From an uncultured bacterium (GTDB lineage Bacteria > Chloroflexota > UBA5177 > JANWHV01): a stretch of 64,000 bases of DNA. Of this stretch, positions 1 to 10,620 are shown in pieces. The position numbers were made by a program, and so were the translations under genes. Positions within the stretch are counted from its first letter, which is position 1, and the number at the start of each line of letters is the position of its first letter. The stretch covers positions 1,280,001 through 1,344,000 of the forward strand of contig CAWHAE010000012.1 in assembly GCA_963827235.1 (NCBI GenBank), read 5' to 3'. A model generated the notes under the pieces. The model was not told the origin of the DNA and did no database searches. It worked only from the letters and a program-made list of their open reading frames with translations.

Positions 1-1049
1 CCCGCTTTGTCCGTGGCGCGGCCCTGAAACCAACCGTCGTCCATGACGAACGTCTCCACGCCCAAACCGGCCGCGATCTGCGCCAGCTCTGCCTGGCTTT
101 GTTCGTCGACGTTGAACGTCGTAGCTTCCCACGAGTTGTAGAGCACGTTGTGCGAACGCCCACCATGCGGCAGGATCGTCGCGCGAATGAAGTCGTGCAG
201 CAGGCGGCTGGCAGTGCCGAAGCCCGCGTCGCTGTACCCGCCGAAAGAGGACGGCGTGGTCAGGGTCTGTCCGCCTTCGAGACGCCAGGCGAAGTCCCAG
301 TCGTTGAGTCCGATCGACACGCCGGCGGCCGACGAGTCGGTGACCTCGGCAAGCATGACCCAGTTGCCGCTCCAGGCGAGCGTTCCAAACCACACGTTGC
401 CGTGTTGCTCGCCGGCATGGCCCAGGTCCAGGGCGAACCAGGGTCCGTGCTGGTGGCTGGTAGCCATCCGCCTGCTTTCCAGGCGCTTGACGCCGCGCAG
501 CAGTGGCTCGCGCAGCAGGTGGCCTTCGTCAGACCAGCGGCCGGCCAGATGGGTGAGCCGGTAGTGGTCGCCGTACGGCAGCTGCCAGGCGGCCGACAGC
601 ACGCGCTCGACCGTCAGCGGCGTACTGCCCTCGTTGCGCAGAGAGACCGACCGCTCGATCAGATCGTAGGCTTCATGCACGCGGTAGTGCAGCACCACCG
701 CGAGCGGGTAGTGTTCATCGCGCAGAGACACGTCCAGGGCGTCCGGGTCGTCGCCGGGATGGCAGGCCGACTCGAAACGAAGCACGATGTCTCGCGTCCC
801 GTCGGCGAAACCTACTTTCAGGCAGGGCTCGCCGTACTGTATGCCGCCGTGGCCCGGAAACTCCTGCGCCGCCGTCGAGGTGTCCGAGAACGGCCAGGCT
901 CGCGGATCCGGGGTGTCATAGTCCTCGGCGGCACGGAGCTTGCTTCCCCAGTAACGGTGAATGAGCCGCCCGGCCGGGTCTCTATCGAACGCGTACGCAG
1001 CGTGCCGGGTTTCCAGAATCCATCGGTGCTCAGCGTGGTGGATCGACAC
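1..1049 (-). CDS. Alpha-galactosidase, GH36 family (5' part; runs off the left edge)
   Basis: Not in the ORF track. Manual translation gives GTG at 1049 after an AGGAGG RBS, VSIHHAEHRWILETRHAAYAF...HRYWG, and in the same frame the GH36 motifs VLYNSWEATTFN and ETFVMDDGWF near 30-150. Confidence 0.9.
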   Translation of the reverse strand, partial: MSIHHAEHRWILETRHAAYAFDRDPAGRLIHRYWGSKLRAAEDYDTPDPRAWPFSDTSTAAQEFPGHGGIQYGEPCLKVGFADGTRDIVLRFESACHPGDDPDALDVSLRDEHYPLAVVLHYRVHEAYDLIERSVSLRNEGSTPLTVERVLSAAWQLPYGDHYRLTHLAGRWSDEGHLLREPLLRGVKRLESRRMATSHQHGPWFALDLGHAGEQHGNVWFGTLAWSGNWVMLAEVTDSSAAGVSIGLNDWDFAWRLEGGQTLTTPSSFGGYSDAGFGTASRLLHDFIRATILPHGGRSHNVLYNSWEATTFNVDEQSQAELAQIAAGLGVETFVMDDGWFQGRATDKA

Positions 1050-1086
1050 GGCGAGCGGTCTCCCTCCTGTGAGCGCGGTGTGCGGA

Positions 1087-2550
1087 CTACCAGTTCCAGG
1101 TGCCGTACTGCTGCTCAATGTAGCGCTCCTGGGCCAGCACTTTGCTCTGCACGGTGCTCAGGGCGGCCCGGGCCGTCTCGTGACCCTCGAGAACGCGGAT
1201 CGTCTCCTGGAGCAGCTGCTGCTGGTAGTAGGGGTCGACCGGGTTGATGGGACTCGCGGCCTGGCTCACGAGACCGAGCTCCGGCTGCAGCCTCAGACCC
1301 TGCAGGCTGGCGGCCGGATTGCCGGGCAGTCCCGCCGCTCGCCGTAGCGCCGCCTCACCGGCGATGGCCTGTCCGAGCCACTGCTGCTGGTTGCGCACGA
1401 CGGGCGAGCCGCTAAGCGATCGACCGAGCACGTCTCCGCCGTCCCAGAAGGTGGCCTTGCCGACGGCGAAGGCGAGGCCGGCATGCGCGGCGCCGGGCGG
1501 GATCACGACTTCCTGCATCGTGCTGGGGTAGCTGGCCACGTTCGTTTCGCTTCCGTCGGGGGTTGGCGGGAGCGGAGTGAGCTGGTAGGTCAGGCCACCC
1601 TTGACGCCGAAGGTGTTCGCGTCGATCGGCGACAGGTTCCAGTAAGCGCCGCCCGAGGGCACGATCACGGCTTTCCCCGTGGCCAGGTAGCTGCGCGGGC
1701 TACCGCTCAGGAAATCGGGATCGGCGGCCAGGAACCGCGACAGCTTCTTGTACCCGCCATAGAGTGTAGATAGTGACTTCAGATACTGCAGGTAGGCCAC
1801 GTTGCAGGGGTCGGTAGCGGTCGGCCTGCTCGCCGCGTCATAGAGTCCGTGGCCGGGCGGGCACATGAGCGTCCCCGTGGACTGCCAGGAGTCGATTCCC
1901 GGCCAGAATCCTATGCGCACGAGGTTCGCGTTGGCGTCGAACTGCACGGCCTGTTGCGACATGGCGTAGTAGTCGGCGAACGTCCGCAGCGTGCTATTGT
2001 CGTAGCCCAGAGGCGTCATGTACTTCGGCAGGTAGATCTCCTGGCCGCCAAGCGGACCGCTCACTGCCGGGATCGCCCACCAGTGGCCGCCAAAATGCGC
2101 CCAGCGCGCCATGCCGGGCAGAAAGCTGCCGGCGGTCACGTGGGCGCCGGTGTAGAAACCGTCCAGCGACCGCGCCAGGTGGCTCAGCACGATCTCGCCC
2201 ATCCAGCCACCCTGCACGAAGACCATGTCCGGCGGCTTTCCGGCCGACACGGCGGCCGCGAGCCGAGTCACCATGGCCTGCTGGTCGGTGAAGGCGGTCT
2301 CGTTCCAGCGCAGCCCCGGGAACAGCTTCGACCAGCGGGCGGCGTAGAGATGATACATAGAGGTCAGGTCGTCGGGGTTCGTATCGTCGAAACCGGCCAG
2401 CGATCCGCAGCAGGTGTAGACGGCCAGTGTCTCCGGCGCGGCCACGGCGGCCCGGATCGGTCCGGCACCCTGGCCGAACCCCGATAGTGCCAGCAAGGCC
2501 GCGCCCAGCAGGCGCGGCACCATCCCTGTCCACGAGGAAAGTCGCCTCAT
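1087..2550 (-). CDS. Extracellular carbohydrate ABC solute-binding protein
   Basis: Signal peptide MRRLSSW...IRAAVA; AVSAGKPPDMVFV; FLPGM...GHWWAIP typical of the SBP_bac_1 family. Start moved to the ATG at 2550. Confidence 0.75.
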   Translation of the reverse strand: MRRLSSWTGMVPRLLGAALLALSGFGQGAGPIRAAVAAPETLAVYTCCGSLAGFDDTNPDDLTSMYHLYAARWSKLFPGLRWNETAFTDQQAMVTRLAAAVSAGKPPDMVFVQGGWMGEIVLSHLARSLDGFYTGAHVTAGSFLPGMARWAHFGGHWWAIPAVSGPLGGQEIYLPKYMTPLGYDNSTLRTFADYYAMSQQAVQFDANANLVRIGFWPGIDSWQSTGTLMCPPGHGLYDAASRPTATDPCNVAYLQYLKSLSTLYGGYKKLSRFLAADPDFLSGSPRSYLATGKAVIVPSGGAYWNLSPIDANTFGVKGGLTYQLTPLPPTPDGSETNVASYPSTMQEVVIPPGAAHAGLAFAVGKATFWDGGDVLGRSLSGSPVVRNQQQWLGQAIAGEAALRRAAGLPGNPAASLQGLRLQPELGLVSQAASPINPVDPYYQQQLLQETIRVLEGHETARAALSTVQSKVLAQERYIEQQYGTWNW

Positions 2551-2619
2551 TGCATGCCCCTTCACACCCTCTACTCGGCTCGATCCTGTGTACCGTGGCG
2601 GCCGCCGGCAGCCCGGCAT

Positions 2620-5040
2620 TCAGCACACGGGCCGTGCAAGCAGGCACTCCGCCAGCGCGCCTGCCTCCGCCACCGACCGTTCTTCGGAGAGCGCCAGCCC
2701 TATTGCCCATGCCTGGGCAAACGCCAAACTGCCCAGCGCGGTTTCGACCGACGCAGTCGTACGGTCGAATGCCCTGCGACCGGCCGGCGAAAGGGCCGCG
2801 CCGATCGCGTCTCGCAGCGCGCTCGCCGCGGCGCAGAGCTGCGCGGCGCGTTCCGGCTCCTGACGAGCGGCTGCTACCGCGGCGATGCCTTCGAGACAGC
2901 CGGCAATGCCGTCGGTGCTGCCGGTCGACTGGAACAGCGGCAGGGCGGCGGCGTAATGCGAGAGAGCCTGTGCCTGTTCTCCCTGCTCGCGGGCCGCGTC
3001 GCCGAGATTGCTCAGCGCGTAACCCATGCCGAGGTTGTCGTGCAGCTCACGAGCCAGGTTCAGGCTTTCTTCGCACAGCGCCGTCGCGGGCGCGTAGCTG
3101 CCCATCTGGATCAGGATGAAGCCGAGATTGTTGAGCGCGGGTGCGATCCGCTGCTTGTTCCCGATCCGGCGCTGCACGTCAAGGCTCTCCTCCGAGAGTT
3201 GCAGCGCCCGCGCGAAATCGCCCTGGTTCATGGCCAGGTTGCCCAGCGTGTTGAGGGCACTGGCCACGCCCTGCCGATCGCCCAGCGCGCGATAGAGCGC
3301 CAGGCTCTGCTCGCAGTGCTCCGTTGCCCGCGCGTACTCGCCCTGCATATTGGCCAGCACGCCCGCCACGATGCATGCCTTCGCCAGCGCCGGCGTGGGA
3401 ACCGGCCGATCGGAGCGCTCGGCAAGATCGAGCAGGCTCTCGAGCCAGGATCGTCCTTCGCGGAGATGCCCACGCGCGTACCAGAAGCGCCAGAGCGTGC
3501 CGGCCAGGTGCAATCCGCGCGCCGGATCGCCGGAATCGCGCGCCCGCTGGAGGACCGCGCGCAGGTTGTTGTGCTCCCGCTCGAGGCGGGCGAGCCAGAG
3601 CTCCTGCTCGGGGCCGGTCAGCGCCGGCTCCGCTTCCTCGGCAAGGGCCTGGAAATAAACGGCGTGCGCCTGCTCGAGGACGGCGCGCTCGCCGCCGGCT
3701 TCCAGCCGCTCGGCCGCGTAGATGTGAATGGTCTCCAGCATGCCAAAACGCGGCTCCCCGGTGCCCACGACCTCCACGCGAAGCAGGCTGTTGTCGACCA
3801 GGGACGCCATGCAGCTCAGCGTGTCCTCGCCGCCCGGCTGTACCGCGCACACCGCTTCCACGGCCTCCAGCGCGCAGCCGCCCACGAATACGGCAAGCCG
3901 GCTCAGCAGTTTCTGCTCCTCGGCGGTAAGGAGGTCGAAGCTCCAGTCGAAGGCCGCGCGCAGCGTCTGTTGCCGCGCGGGAAGGTCGCGCGGTCCGCTG
4001 GCGAGCAGGCGGGCGCTCGCGGCAGCGGTATCGATCTGGGCAAGAATCGCGGCCGGCGGCAGGAGTGCGATGCGGGCGGCTGCGAGCTCAATAGCCAGCG
4101 GCAAGCCGTCGAGCCGGGCACAGATCTCGGCGACCGGCCCGGCATGCCTGTCGTCGAGCTCGAAGTCGGGCCGCACGGCGCGAGCGCGGTCTACGAACAG
4201 GGCCACCGCCGCGTAGCCGGCCAGCTCGTCCGGCGAAGCAACGATGCCGGCGGGCGGCACGACGAGCGGAGGCACCGCAAACCGTTGCTCGGCAGTAACG
4301 TGCAGCGCCGTTCTGCTGGTCGCGAGCACGACGAGCCGCGGACAGGCGGCAAGCAGCTCGGCTATCTCCTGGGCTGCTTCGACGACCTGCTCGAAGTTGT
4401 CGAGCACGAGTAGCAGGCTACGGGCGCGCAGATAGGCGGTGAGCTGCTGCCTAGCGCTCTGATCCGGCGCCTCGCGCAGATCGAGCGTCTGCGCGATGGT
4501 CAGGGGCACGAGGGCCGCTTCGCGCAGGGTCGAGAGATCGACGAAGATCGCGCCATCCGCAAAGGAGCTTTGCAGGGCCAAGGCGGCAGCAATGGCCAGG
4601 CGCGTCTTGCCCACACCCCCCGGACCGGTGAGGGTGATCAGACGCGCCCCCTCGGCCGCGACGGAGCGCTGCAGCAGCCGCTGCAGGCCGGCTTTCTCCT
4701 GATCCCGCCCCATGAGCACCGTCGGCGGGAGCGGCAGGGAGGAATGGTGGACCGTACCGGGCGGCGCGGGCGCACGTGCTGGAGCCTGCTCTGTGCCGCC
4801 GGTCAACGAGGTACCCACCGCCGCAGCAAGCAATGCCGAGCGATCCAGCGGGCCAAGGCCGAGCGCAGCCGCCAGGCGGGCCGTCGTATCCATCCGCGGG
4901 GCGAGGCGACGGCCACGCTCGAGAGCGGAGATCGCCTCTACGCTGAGCTCGGCACGCTCGGCGAGCACCTGTTGCGAGAGACCGGCGGCCCAGCGATACT
5001 TCCGCAGCAGCGGGCCAAACGCCACGATCTCGGTCCTCAC
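2620..5040 (-). CDS. XRE-HTH / P-loop ATPase / TPR transcriptional regulator
   Basis: FGPLLRKYRWAAGLSQQVLAERAELSVEAISALERG (XRE HTH), Walker A GPGGVGKT, Walker B LLVLDNFE, LDGLPLAIELAAAR, C-terminal TPRs; GTG start after GGGAGG. Confidence 0.9.
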   Translation of the reverse strand: MRTEIVAFGPLLRKYRWAAGLSQQVLAERAELSVEAISALERGRRLAPRMDTTARLAAALGLGPLDRSALLAAAVGTSLTGGTEQAPARAPAPPGTVHHSSLPLPPTVLMGRDQEKAGLQRLLQRSVAAEGARLITLTGPGGVGKTRLAIAAALALQSSFADGAIFVDLSTLREAALVPLTIAQTLDLREAPDQSARQQLTAYLRARSLLLVLDNFEQVVEAAQEIAELLAACPRLVVLATSRTALHVTAEQRFAVPPLVVPPAGIVASPDELAGYAAVALFVDRARAVRPDFELDDRHAGPVAEICARLDGLPLAIELAAARIALLPPAAILAQIDTAAASARLLASGPRDLPARQQTLRAAFDWSFDLLTAEEQKLLSRLAVFVGGCALEAVEAVCAVQPGGEDTLSCMASLVDNSLLRVEVVGTGEPRFGMLETIHIYAAERLEAGGERAVLEQAHAVYFQALAEEAEPALTGPEQELWLARLEREHNNLRAVLQRARDSGDPARGLHLAGTLWRFWYARGHLREGRSWLESLLDLAERSDRPVPTPALAKACIVAGVLANMQGEYARATEHCEQSLALYRALGDRQGVASALNTLGNLAMNQGDFARALQLSEESLDVQRRIGNKQRIAPALNNLGFILIQMGSYAPATALCEESLNLARELHDNLGMGYALSNLGDAAREQGEQAQALSHYAAALPLFQSTGSTDGIAGCLEGIAAVAAARQEPERAAQLCAAASALRDAIGAALSPAGRRAFDRTTASVETALGSLAFAQAWAIGLALSEERSVAEAGALAECLLARPVC

Positions 5041-5307
5041 GCCGTATTGGCCTCCCGCATGTCGTCGTCTGCCTCGCCTAGACGCCCTTACTGGGATAGT
5101 AGCAGGCGTCGATGAACGCGGCGGCACCCGGTCACGACCGGCAGACTGCATCGAGATACAGCGGTCATGCGGCTATCATCGAGCCCCACCAGGTCCGATG
5201 GGTTCGCGGGCTTCCGGAATCGCCTGTCTCCCCGCATCGGCGAGGTGCTTATTGACCCGCGTCCGATGCAGTGAGTACACGGCTGCCCGATCCGCCGCGT
5301 GCAGGAC

Positions 5308-6564
5308 TCATTCCGAGGCACCGCGCAGGACGCGAGCGAGCGTCAGGGTGCATGCCAGGCCTACCAGGCAGAGCGCGGCCAGCAGGTAAAGTCCGTCGCT
5401 GAACGATCCCGTCGCATCCTTGAACGCGCCGAGAGCGTAGGCAAAGGTGACGCTGCCCAGGTTGGCGAACAGGTTGCCGAAGCCGCTCGTCATGCCGGCG
5501 GAACGCGGGCCCAGCAGCCGGATCGGCACGTCGAAGATCGGGCCGAAATAGAGCTGGACGAAGAGGCCGTTCACCACGATCACGACAATCAGCGCGGCCG
5601 GATGTGTGACCTCCACGAGGAGCAGGGTGGTAAGAGCGAGCATGACCTGCGAGCCACCGATCACCAGCAGCGGATTGCGCAGTCGATCCGAGATATAGCC
5701 GCCCAGAAAGTTGGCCGGTGCCGTGATCGTGAGGCCGAGTGCTACCATCAGACCGGCGGCGTGCAGCGAATAGCCCCTCGCTACCAGCACCGAGGGCAGC
5801 CAGAATTGCAGGCCACCCGCCACGGCGAGGCGGACGTACTGGATGACGGCCACCAGCAGCATCACCTTTCGGCGAAACAGCCCCACGATGTCCCGCACCG
5901 TGAGAGTGGCGCCGCCAGTATTGACTCGTCCCTGCACGCCGAAGGCGCGGTAGAGCAGGGCCACTGCCAGCCCTCCGAGCGAGAAGACGACAAAAAGTGG
6001 ACGCCAGCCCACCGGCCCCACCAGTACGGGCCCCACGGCGTTGAGCAGGATGTTCGACGACGAGCCGCCGGCTACGAAGAGGCCCATGGCCGTGGCGCGA
6101 CGCTGAGGTGGAAAGAGCGCGCTAATCAGCAGCAGGCCGGGAGCGAACAGGAAGGCGCGGAACAATCCCGACACCGCCTGATTCACCACCAGCAGCCAGT
6201 AGGCATGCAGAAACGCGAAGCTCAGGGACAGGCATGCGGTGCCGATCAGCCCGACCAGAAACAGGCGCCTCGGTCCGAACCGATCGGCCAGAAAGCCTGA
6301 CGGGAGCTGCATCAACGCGTAGACCAGCGTGGACGCCGCCGAGAGCGTGCCGCCCTGCGCGAAGCTCAGACCCACGTCGCCGCGGATCACGGGCAGGAAC
6401 AGCGAGATGCCGCCCGACGCCAGCATCTGCACGCTCTGGCACAACACCAGCAAGGCGATGGTCAGTCCCACGCCGCGGCCCGTTGCGCGCCAATCCGTGT
6501 CCTGCGCCGAACCAGTGCCCGGCGTCGGGCCGGCGCTCTCGAGCGGATCAGTGCGCAACGCCAC
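5308..6564 (-). CDS. MFS transporter
   Basis: About 12 hydrophobic segments; motif A SGFLADRFGPRR and repeat GGYISDRLRN. Confidence 0.88.
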   Translation of the reverse strand: MALRTDPLESAGPTPGTGSAQDTDWRATGRGVGLTIALLVLCQSVQMLASGGISLFLPVIRGDVGLSFAQGGTLSAASTLVYALMQLPSGFLADRFGPRRLFLVGLIGTACLSLSFAFLHAYWLLVVNQAVSGLFRAFLFAPGLLLISALFPPQRRATAMGLFVAGGSSSNILLNAVGPVLVGPVGWRPLFVVFSLGGLAVALLYRAFGVQGRVNTGGATLTVRDIVGLFRRKVMLLVAVIQYVRLAVAGGLQFWLPSVLVARGYSLHAAGLMVALGLTITAPANFLGGYISDRLRNPLLVIGGSQVMLALTTLLLVEVTHPAALIVVIVVNGLFVQLYFGPIFDVPIRLLGPRSAGMTSGFGNLFANLGSVTFAYALGAFKDATGSFSDGLYLLAALCLVGLACTLTLARVLRGASE

Positions 6565-6689
6565 GCACGAGCCGGCCGTCCGCCAGGCTACCTCTGCTAT
6601 CGCTGGACAATCTGAGTTCCCCTAGGCATTCGTCGAGTCCGCATGCTAGCGTACCGCGGATCGGCTGCCTCTGGGCGCTTGGCTCCTGC

Positions 6690-7577
6690 CTAGCCGTATG
6701 TCTGGCCCGTCACCTTGTCGAGCTGCTGAGCCAGCCCCTGCAGGCGGGCGGTAAGGTCGTGTATCCCGGTAACGGCTCGCGATTGGTCGCTCACGGTTCC
6801 ATTCAGCGTCGTGATCTCGGGATCCAAGCGGGCAAGCGTGGTGCTGAGGGCCGAAAGCTTGACGTTCAGCTCGGTGATGCTCGTCTTCGTGCTTTCTGAG
6901 AGCTTCCGGATCTCCCGGGCAACCACCATGAAGCCTGCACCGGACGCCCCGGCACGCGCCGCTTCAATCGACGCGTTGAGCCCCAGCAGGTTGGTCTGGT
7001 CGGCCACGCCCCGGATGAAGCTGATCACGTCGACGATCACGTCGACGCCGCTGCGCGCCTCGGTTGCGATCTCGGCCAGCACGCTCATGGTCTCTCCAAT
7101 GCGCACCGTGGTCTTGGAGAGATCCTCGGCGGTAGACGTCGCGTCGGCGGCCATCGACACGATATCCGTCGTCACTTGCTGCACCTCGTTCAGGTGCAGA
7201 GCGATCGTAGTCGTCAGCACGGCGGCGAGCGAGCCGTCGCCGGCAAAGATCGGCAGACTAATGGCTGTATAGGGAAAGCCGAAGACGGACTGCTTCTCGC
7301 TCACTATCTGCATTGTGCGGGCACGCGATTGCAGCGCCCGGTGCGTGATCGAGCCCTCCTTGATCGGTGTGCCGGGCACCTGGCCGAAGGGCATGCTCGG
7401 TACGTCCCACGTTCGCGTGACGATGCCGTCGGCGTCGACGACTATCACGTAGTTCTCGCCGTTGAACAGCCTGAAGATCAGGTCTGCCGCCAGCTCGGTA
7501 CTCCGGATGCCATCGCTACGTGCGTTCGTGCTCGATGCCGGGGATAACCCGCCGCCGGTCGAAACATGGTCCGCCAT
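6690..7577 (-). CDS. Soluble methyl-accepting chemotaxis protein (YfmS-like)
   Basis: MCP hairpin tip [39 protein letters not shown]; N-terminal PAS/Cache-like domain; no TM helix; GGAGGA RBS. Confidence 0.88.
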   Translation of the reverse strand: MADHVSTGGGLSPASSTNARSDGIRSTELAADLIFRLFNGENYVIVVDADGIVTRTWDVPSMPFGQVPGTPIKEGSITHRALQSRARTMQIVSEKQSVFGFPYTAISLPIFAGDGSLAAVLTTTIALHLNEVQQVTTDIVSMAADATSTAEDLSKTTVRIGETMSVLAEIATEARSGVDVIVDVISFIRGVADQTNLLGLNASIEAARAGASGAGFMVVAREIRKLSESTKTSITELNVKLSALSTTLARLDPEITTLNGTVSDQSRAVTGIHDLTARLQGLAQQLDKVTGQTYG

Positions 7578-7903
7578 ATGTTTCCTCCACCGCCGCCCAG
7601 CGGTAGCCGCAGCGCGCTGGCCTCCAGTCAACAGGGTGATCATTGCCGGTCAACGTAACGGCAGATCAGCACGCGCCGATCATACCAGTTTCGCTCTGCG
7701 ATGGCCGCACGGCCCCAGCGGACCCCTGGCGGGCAGGCCCGTGGCTCGCGATCCGCGGCAGGAAACGGCGATCCGGAGGGAGCGGTTCAAGAGGGCCGCC
7801 TCCTCACAGCGCGCGTGGACCTGACTGGAGGAGAGAGCAATCCGCCGGTAGGGCGCGGACGGTCAGGCGCGAGGGGACCGTAACCGCGTCCGTAGGGATC
7901 AAC

Positions 7904-9403
7904 ATGATACGGCAGCTTGCGCGACGTGGATCCGATTGGGAAGAAGCGGCTAACGGCGCTGCTTGGCGGCACCTCCAGGCAGCAGCGCCGTTACCGGCGC
8001 GAGCACTGTTGCCGCTTAGCATGCCGCGCATAGCCGCCGGCTGCTGGCTGCTGGCGATGCTGAGTGTCACGCTGAACACTGGGTGGCACCTGCAGGCGGC
8101 CGGCGGTCTGCGGCTGGATCTCCATGTCTACCTGTTCGACGTGGCCATGATCGCCGCGGTCGGATTCTGGGCGCTCAGCCTGTTGCTCGGCGAAACGGAG
8201 GTGCCGCGACTTGGTCCGAGGTTGCCGGCATGCGCGCTGGCCGGCTTGGTCGTCCTCTCCATGCTTGGCACGCTCGTCGCCACACACGCGGACGTGGCCC
8301 TGGGGATGAGTGCCAGGCTCTGGCTGTTGTTCTTGTTCTACCTCTATACCGTCAACCACCCGCCGTCGTTCCGCTCCCTGGCCGTGGCGCTGTGCCTGGG
8401 CGCCTTCCTGCAGCTTCCGGTCGCGCTCCTCCAGGTAGTACGGCAGCATTCGCTGGGCCTGGGGTGGATCGGGGAGCGTGCAATCAATCCCGGCGTACAC
8501 GGCATCGCCGTGGTGGCCGTCGACGGGCACCGCTGGCTGCGCCCCTATGGGCTGACGGTGCATCCCAACGTGCTCGGTGGCCTCGCCGCCTGCACGCTGG
8601 GCGTGGTCGCCACCGGCCTTCCACGCCGCTGGGCAGTGCCTGCGACACTCTGCTGCCTGGCCGTGATCGCTCTGGCGCTTTCGCGCAGTGCCATGGTCGC
8701 CGCTGCCGTTGCCGTGCTCGTCTATCGGCTGGGTGCTGGGCGGCCGATCGGCCTCTCCGCACGCCACAGGCGGGTTCTGATCCCGATTGCCGTCCTGGGC
8801 GTCGCCTTGCTTGCCGCTACGCCAGCCGGCACGGTGCTCGCCACGCGGTTCGATCCCGGCAATGCGCTCGAACAGCAGTCCATCCATGCCAGGCTGACGG
8901 AGATGACGGAGGCGTGGCCGCTGATCGCCGCTCACCCGGTTCTGGGTGTGGGGGCCAACTGCTACCTTGCCGCCATCGAGCCTCTTCTCCCGCTGGGCAT
9001 AGCTCACGGCAGCCAGGTGCCCATCGTGCACGATGCCTATCTGCTGGCACTTGCCGAGATTGGCTTCCTCGGCCCTCTCTTGCTGGCCCTGGCTCTGCTA
9101 TGGCCGGTCTGGATCACGCTCCGCTCCGGCGCAAACTCCGCGACCGCGGCGCTCGCGGCCGCGCTGGCAGCCTGCGCCGTGTTGGGACTCACCGACTACT
9201 ACATTTGGTCGCTGCCGTCATTCCGGCTCCTGTGGGTAACCACACTTGCCCTGTGGGCGGCCGGCAGGAAAACACGGGACGCCGCCGAAGATCAGCCGGC
9301 TAGGTTGGCGTCGCGGCTCCGCGCTTGCGAGAACGGAGCCACCGGGGGAGAGATGCAGGCTGAGCCACAGCATAGACATAGAGGGGTATGTGAGGATGCG
9401 TAG
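7904..9403 (+). CDS. O-antigen ligase (Wzy_C/WaaL-like) family membrane protein
   Basis: Multi-TM; RPYGLTVHPNVLGG, HPVLGVGANCY, VHDAYLLALAEIGFLG motifs. Confidence 0.8.
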   Translation: MIRQLARRGSDWEEAANGAAWRHLQAAAPLPARALLPLSMPRIAAGCWLLAMLSVTLNTGWHLQAAGGLRLDLHVYLFDVAMIAAVGFWALSLLLGETEVPRLGPRLPACALAGLVVLSMLGTLVATHADVALGMSARLWLLFLFYLYTVNHPPSFRSLAVALCLGAFLQLPVALLQVVRQHSLGLGWIGERAINPGVHGIAVVAVDGHRWLRPYGLTVHPNVLGGLAACTLGVVATGLPRRWAVPATLCCLAVIALALSRSAMVAAAVAVLVYRLGAGRPIGLSARHRRVLIPIAVLGVALLAATPAGTVLATRFDPGNALEQQSIHARLTEMTEAWPLIAAHPVLGVGANCYLAAIEPLLPLGIAHGSQVPIVHDAYLLALAEIGFLGPLLLALALLWPVWITLRSGANSATAALAAALAACAVLGLTDYYIWSLPSFRLLWVTTLALWAAGRKTRDAAEDQPARLASRLRACENGATGGEMQAEPQHRHRGVCEDA

Positions 9404-10382
9404 AAAGTCAGTTGGTCCCTCGCGACGCATACGAAGGGCAGTGGGTCTTGGCATTCTGGTCACGCTGCTGGCTCCGGCGCTCGTGATCGTCACGGCGCTG
9501 CACGCCGGTGGAATCGTCCAGGGCACGAGCGAGGCGGTGGGATACCCTGCTCCGCCGACCCCGGTTCCGCCGACTCCGATGCCGGCGCTTGCCACCAGTA
9601 CGTTCACCCCTGTGCCCACAGCGACGACGGCACCACCCGCTACAAGCACGCTTCTGCCCTCGCCGACTACAGTGCCGCCGACACCCACAATGCCGCCGAC
9701 TGCCACCGGCACGCCGGCGCCTATAAGCACGGTCGCGCCCACGGCAACGAGCTCCGCGACAGCGACGGCCACCGCGACACCGGCGATCGCGCTCGTCAAG
9801 CTGTCTCTCGTGTTGAACAGGACCAGGATAGCCCAGGGCCAGACCATGATCGTCACCGTGCACGCCGCGGCGAGGCGACATATCGCCCTGGCCGTACGCT
9901 ACGCGGGGACGGCAGGCACGGCCACCGTGCCGGGCGTCGCACAGGCGAATGCCCAGGGCATGGCGACCTTCTCGTTCACGGTGCTGCCCGGCCCGGCCAA
10001 AGGGGCATCCTCCCTGGCAGCGACCGTCACGGTCCAGGTGATCGATCCCAACACTCGCGGCACGGCCACCGCGCGCTTCACCGTCTTCCCGGCCTTGCGC
10101 CTAACGGTGCATACACGGGAAATCGGCTTGGCTCGTTCGAGGGTGCTCGACGTGACCGTGCAGCTTGCGGTACGCGCCCAGGTTGTGGCCACCGTGGCCG
10201 TATCGTCGACACCGCGCATGGTTCTGACCGCCCGCGGCACAGCCGGCGGCGCGCACCAGCTGGACATGCGTTTCTCACTTGGCCCAATGGACGGCGCGAC
10301 GGTGGCGCACGTCACCGTGACCGTTACCACTAAAGACGGCGTGACGGACACGAGAAGCCTATCACTACTATTGCAGCCTTGA
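9396..10382 (+). CDS. Exported Pro/Thr-rich linker protein with beta-sandwich-like C-terminal domains
   Basis: Basic N-terminus plus hydrophobic helix, long PT/AT-rich stretch, beta-rich C-terminus; 8-nt overlap with the ligase gene. Confidence 0.7.
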   Translation: MRRKSVGPSRRIRRAVGLGILVTLLAPALVIVTALHAGGIVQGTSEAVGYPAPPTPVPPTPMPALATSTFTPVPTATTAPPATSTLLPSPTTVPPTPTMPPTATGTPAPISTVAPTATSSATATATATPAIALVKLSLVLNRTRIAQGQTMIVTVHAAARRHIALAVRYAGTAGTATVPGVAQANAQGMATFSFTVLPGPAKGASSLAATVTVQVIDPNTRGTATARFTVFPALRLTVHTREIGLARSRVLDVTVQLAVRAQVVATVAVSSTPRMVLTARGTAGGAHQLDMRFSLGPMDGATVAHVTVTVTTKDGVTDTRSLSLLLQP

Positions 10383-10620
10383 CCGTGTGACGGCGGGCCC
10401 CGCCCCAGCGCCCGGACGCGGCCCCGCCGCGTTGCCGCCGCCCATCCGTCGCATGACAAGAGTGGACCAACGGCCCCTGCAAGACAGGTCGCAACGGCCT
10501 ATCCAGGGTCCTTCCTGTTCGATATACAGGAAGGCGAACCGGAGTATTGCCGATGCGCTGTCTTGCCGTGGCCGTTCCTTCTCCACAGCCTTCACCGAGC
10601 CCAAGACCGGGCAGTTCCCA

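Noticed and set aside
99-1247. 382-aa plus-strand ORF
   Set aside because: Antisense shadow of the GH36 gene, which has clear motifs on the minus strand.
2554-4413. 619-aa plus-strand ORF
   Set aside because: Antisense shadow of the ATPase-TPR regulator; long stop-free reverse frames are common at this GC content.
7656-7682. TAAC-N15-GCCGATCA sigma28-like sequence
   Set aside because: It points away from the MCP and toward the ligase gene; plausible by chance in GC-rich DNA.
10535-10612. yybP-ykoY manganese riboswitch upstream of mntP
   Set aside because: Only GGAGTA and CAAGACC fragments are present; the conserved CGUCA loop and four-way junction are not evident. An Infernal search would settle it.
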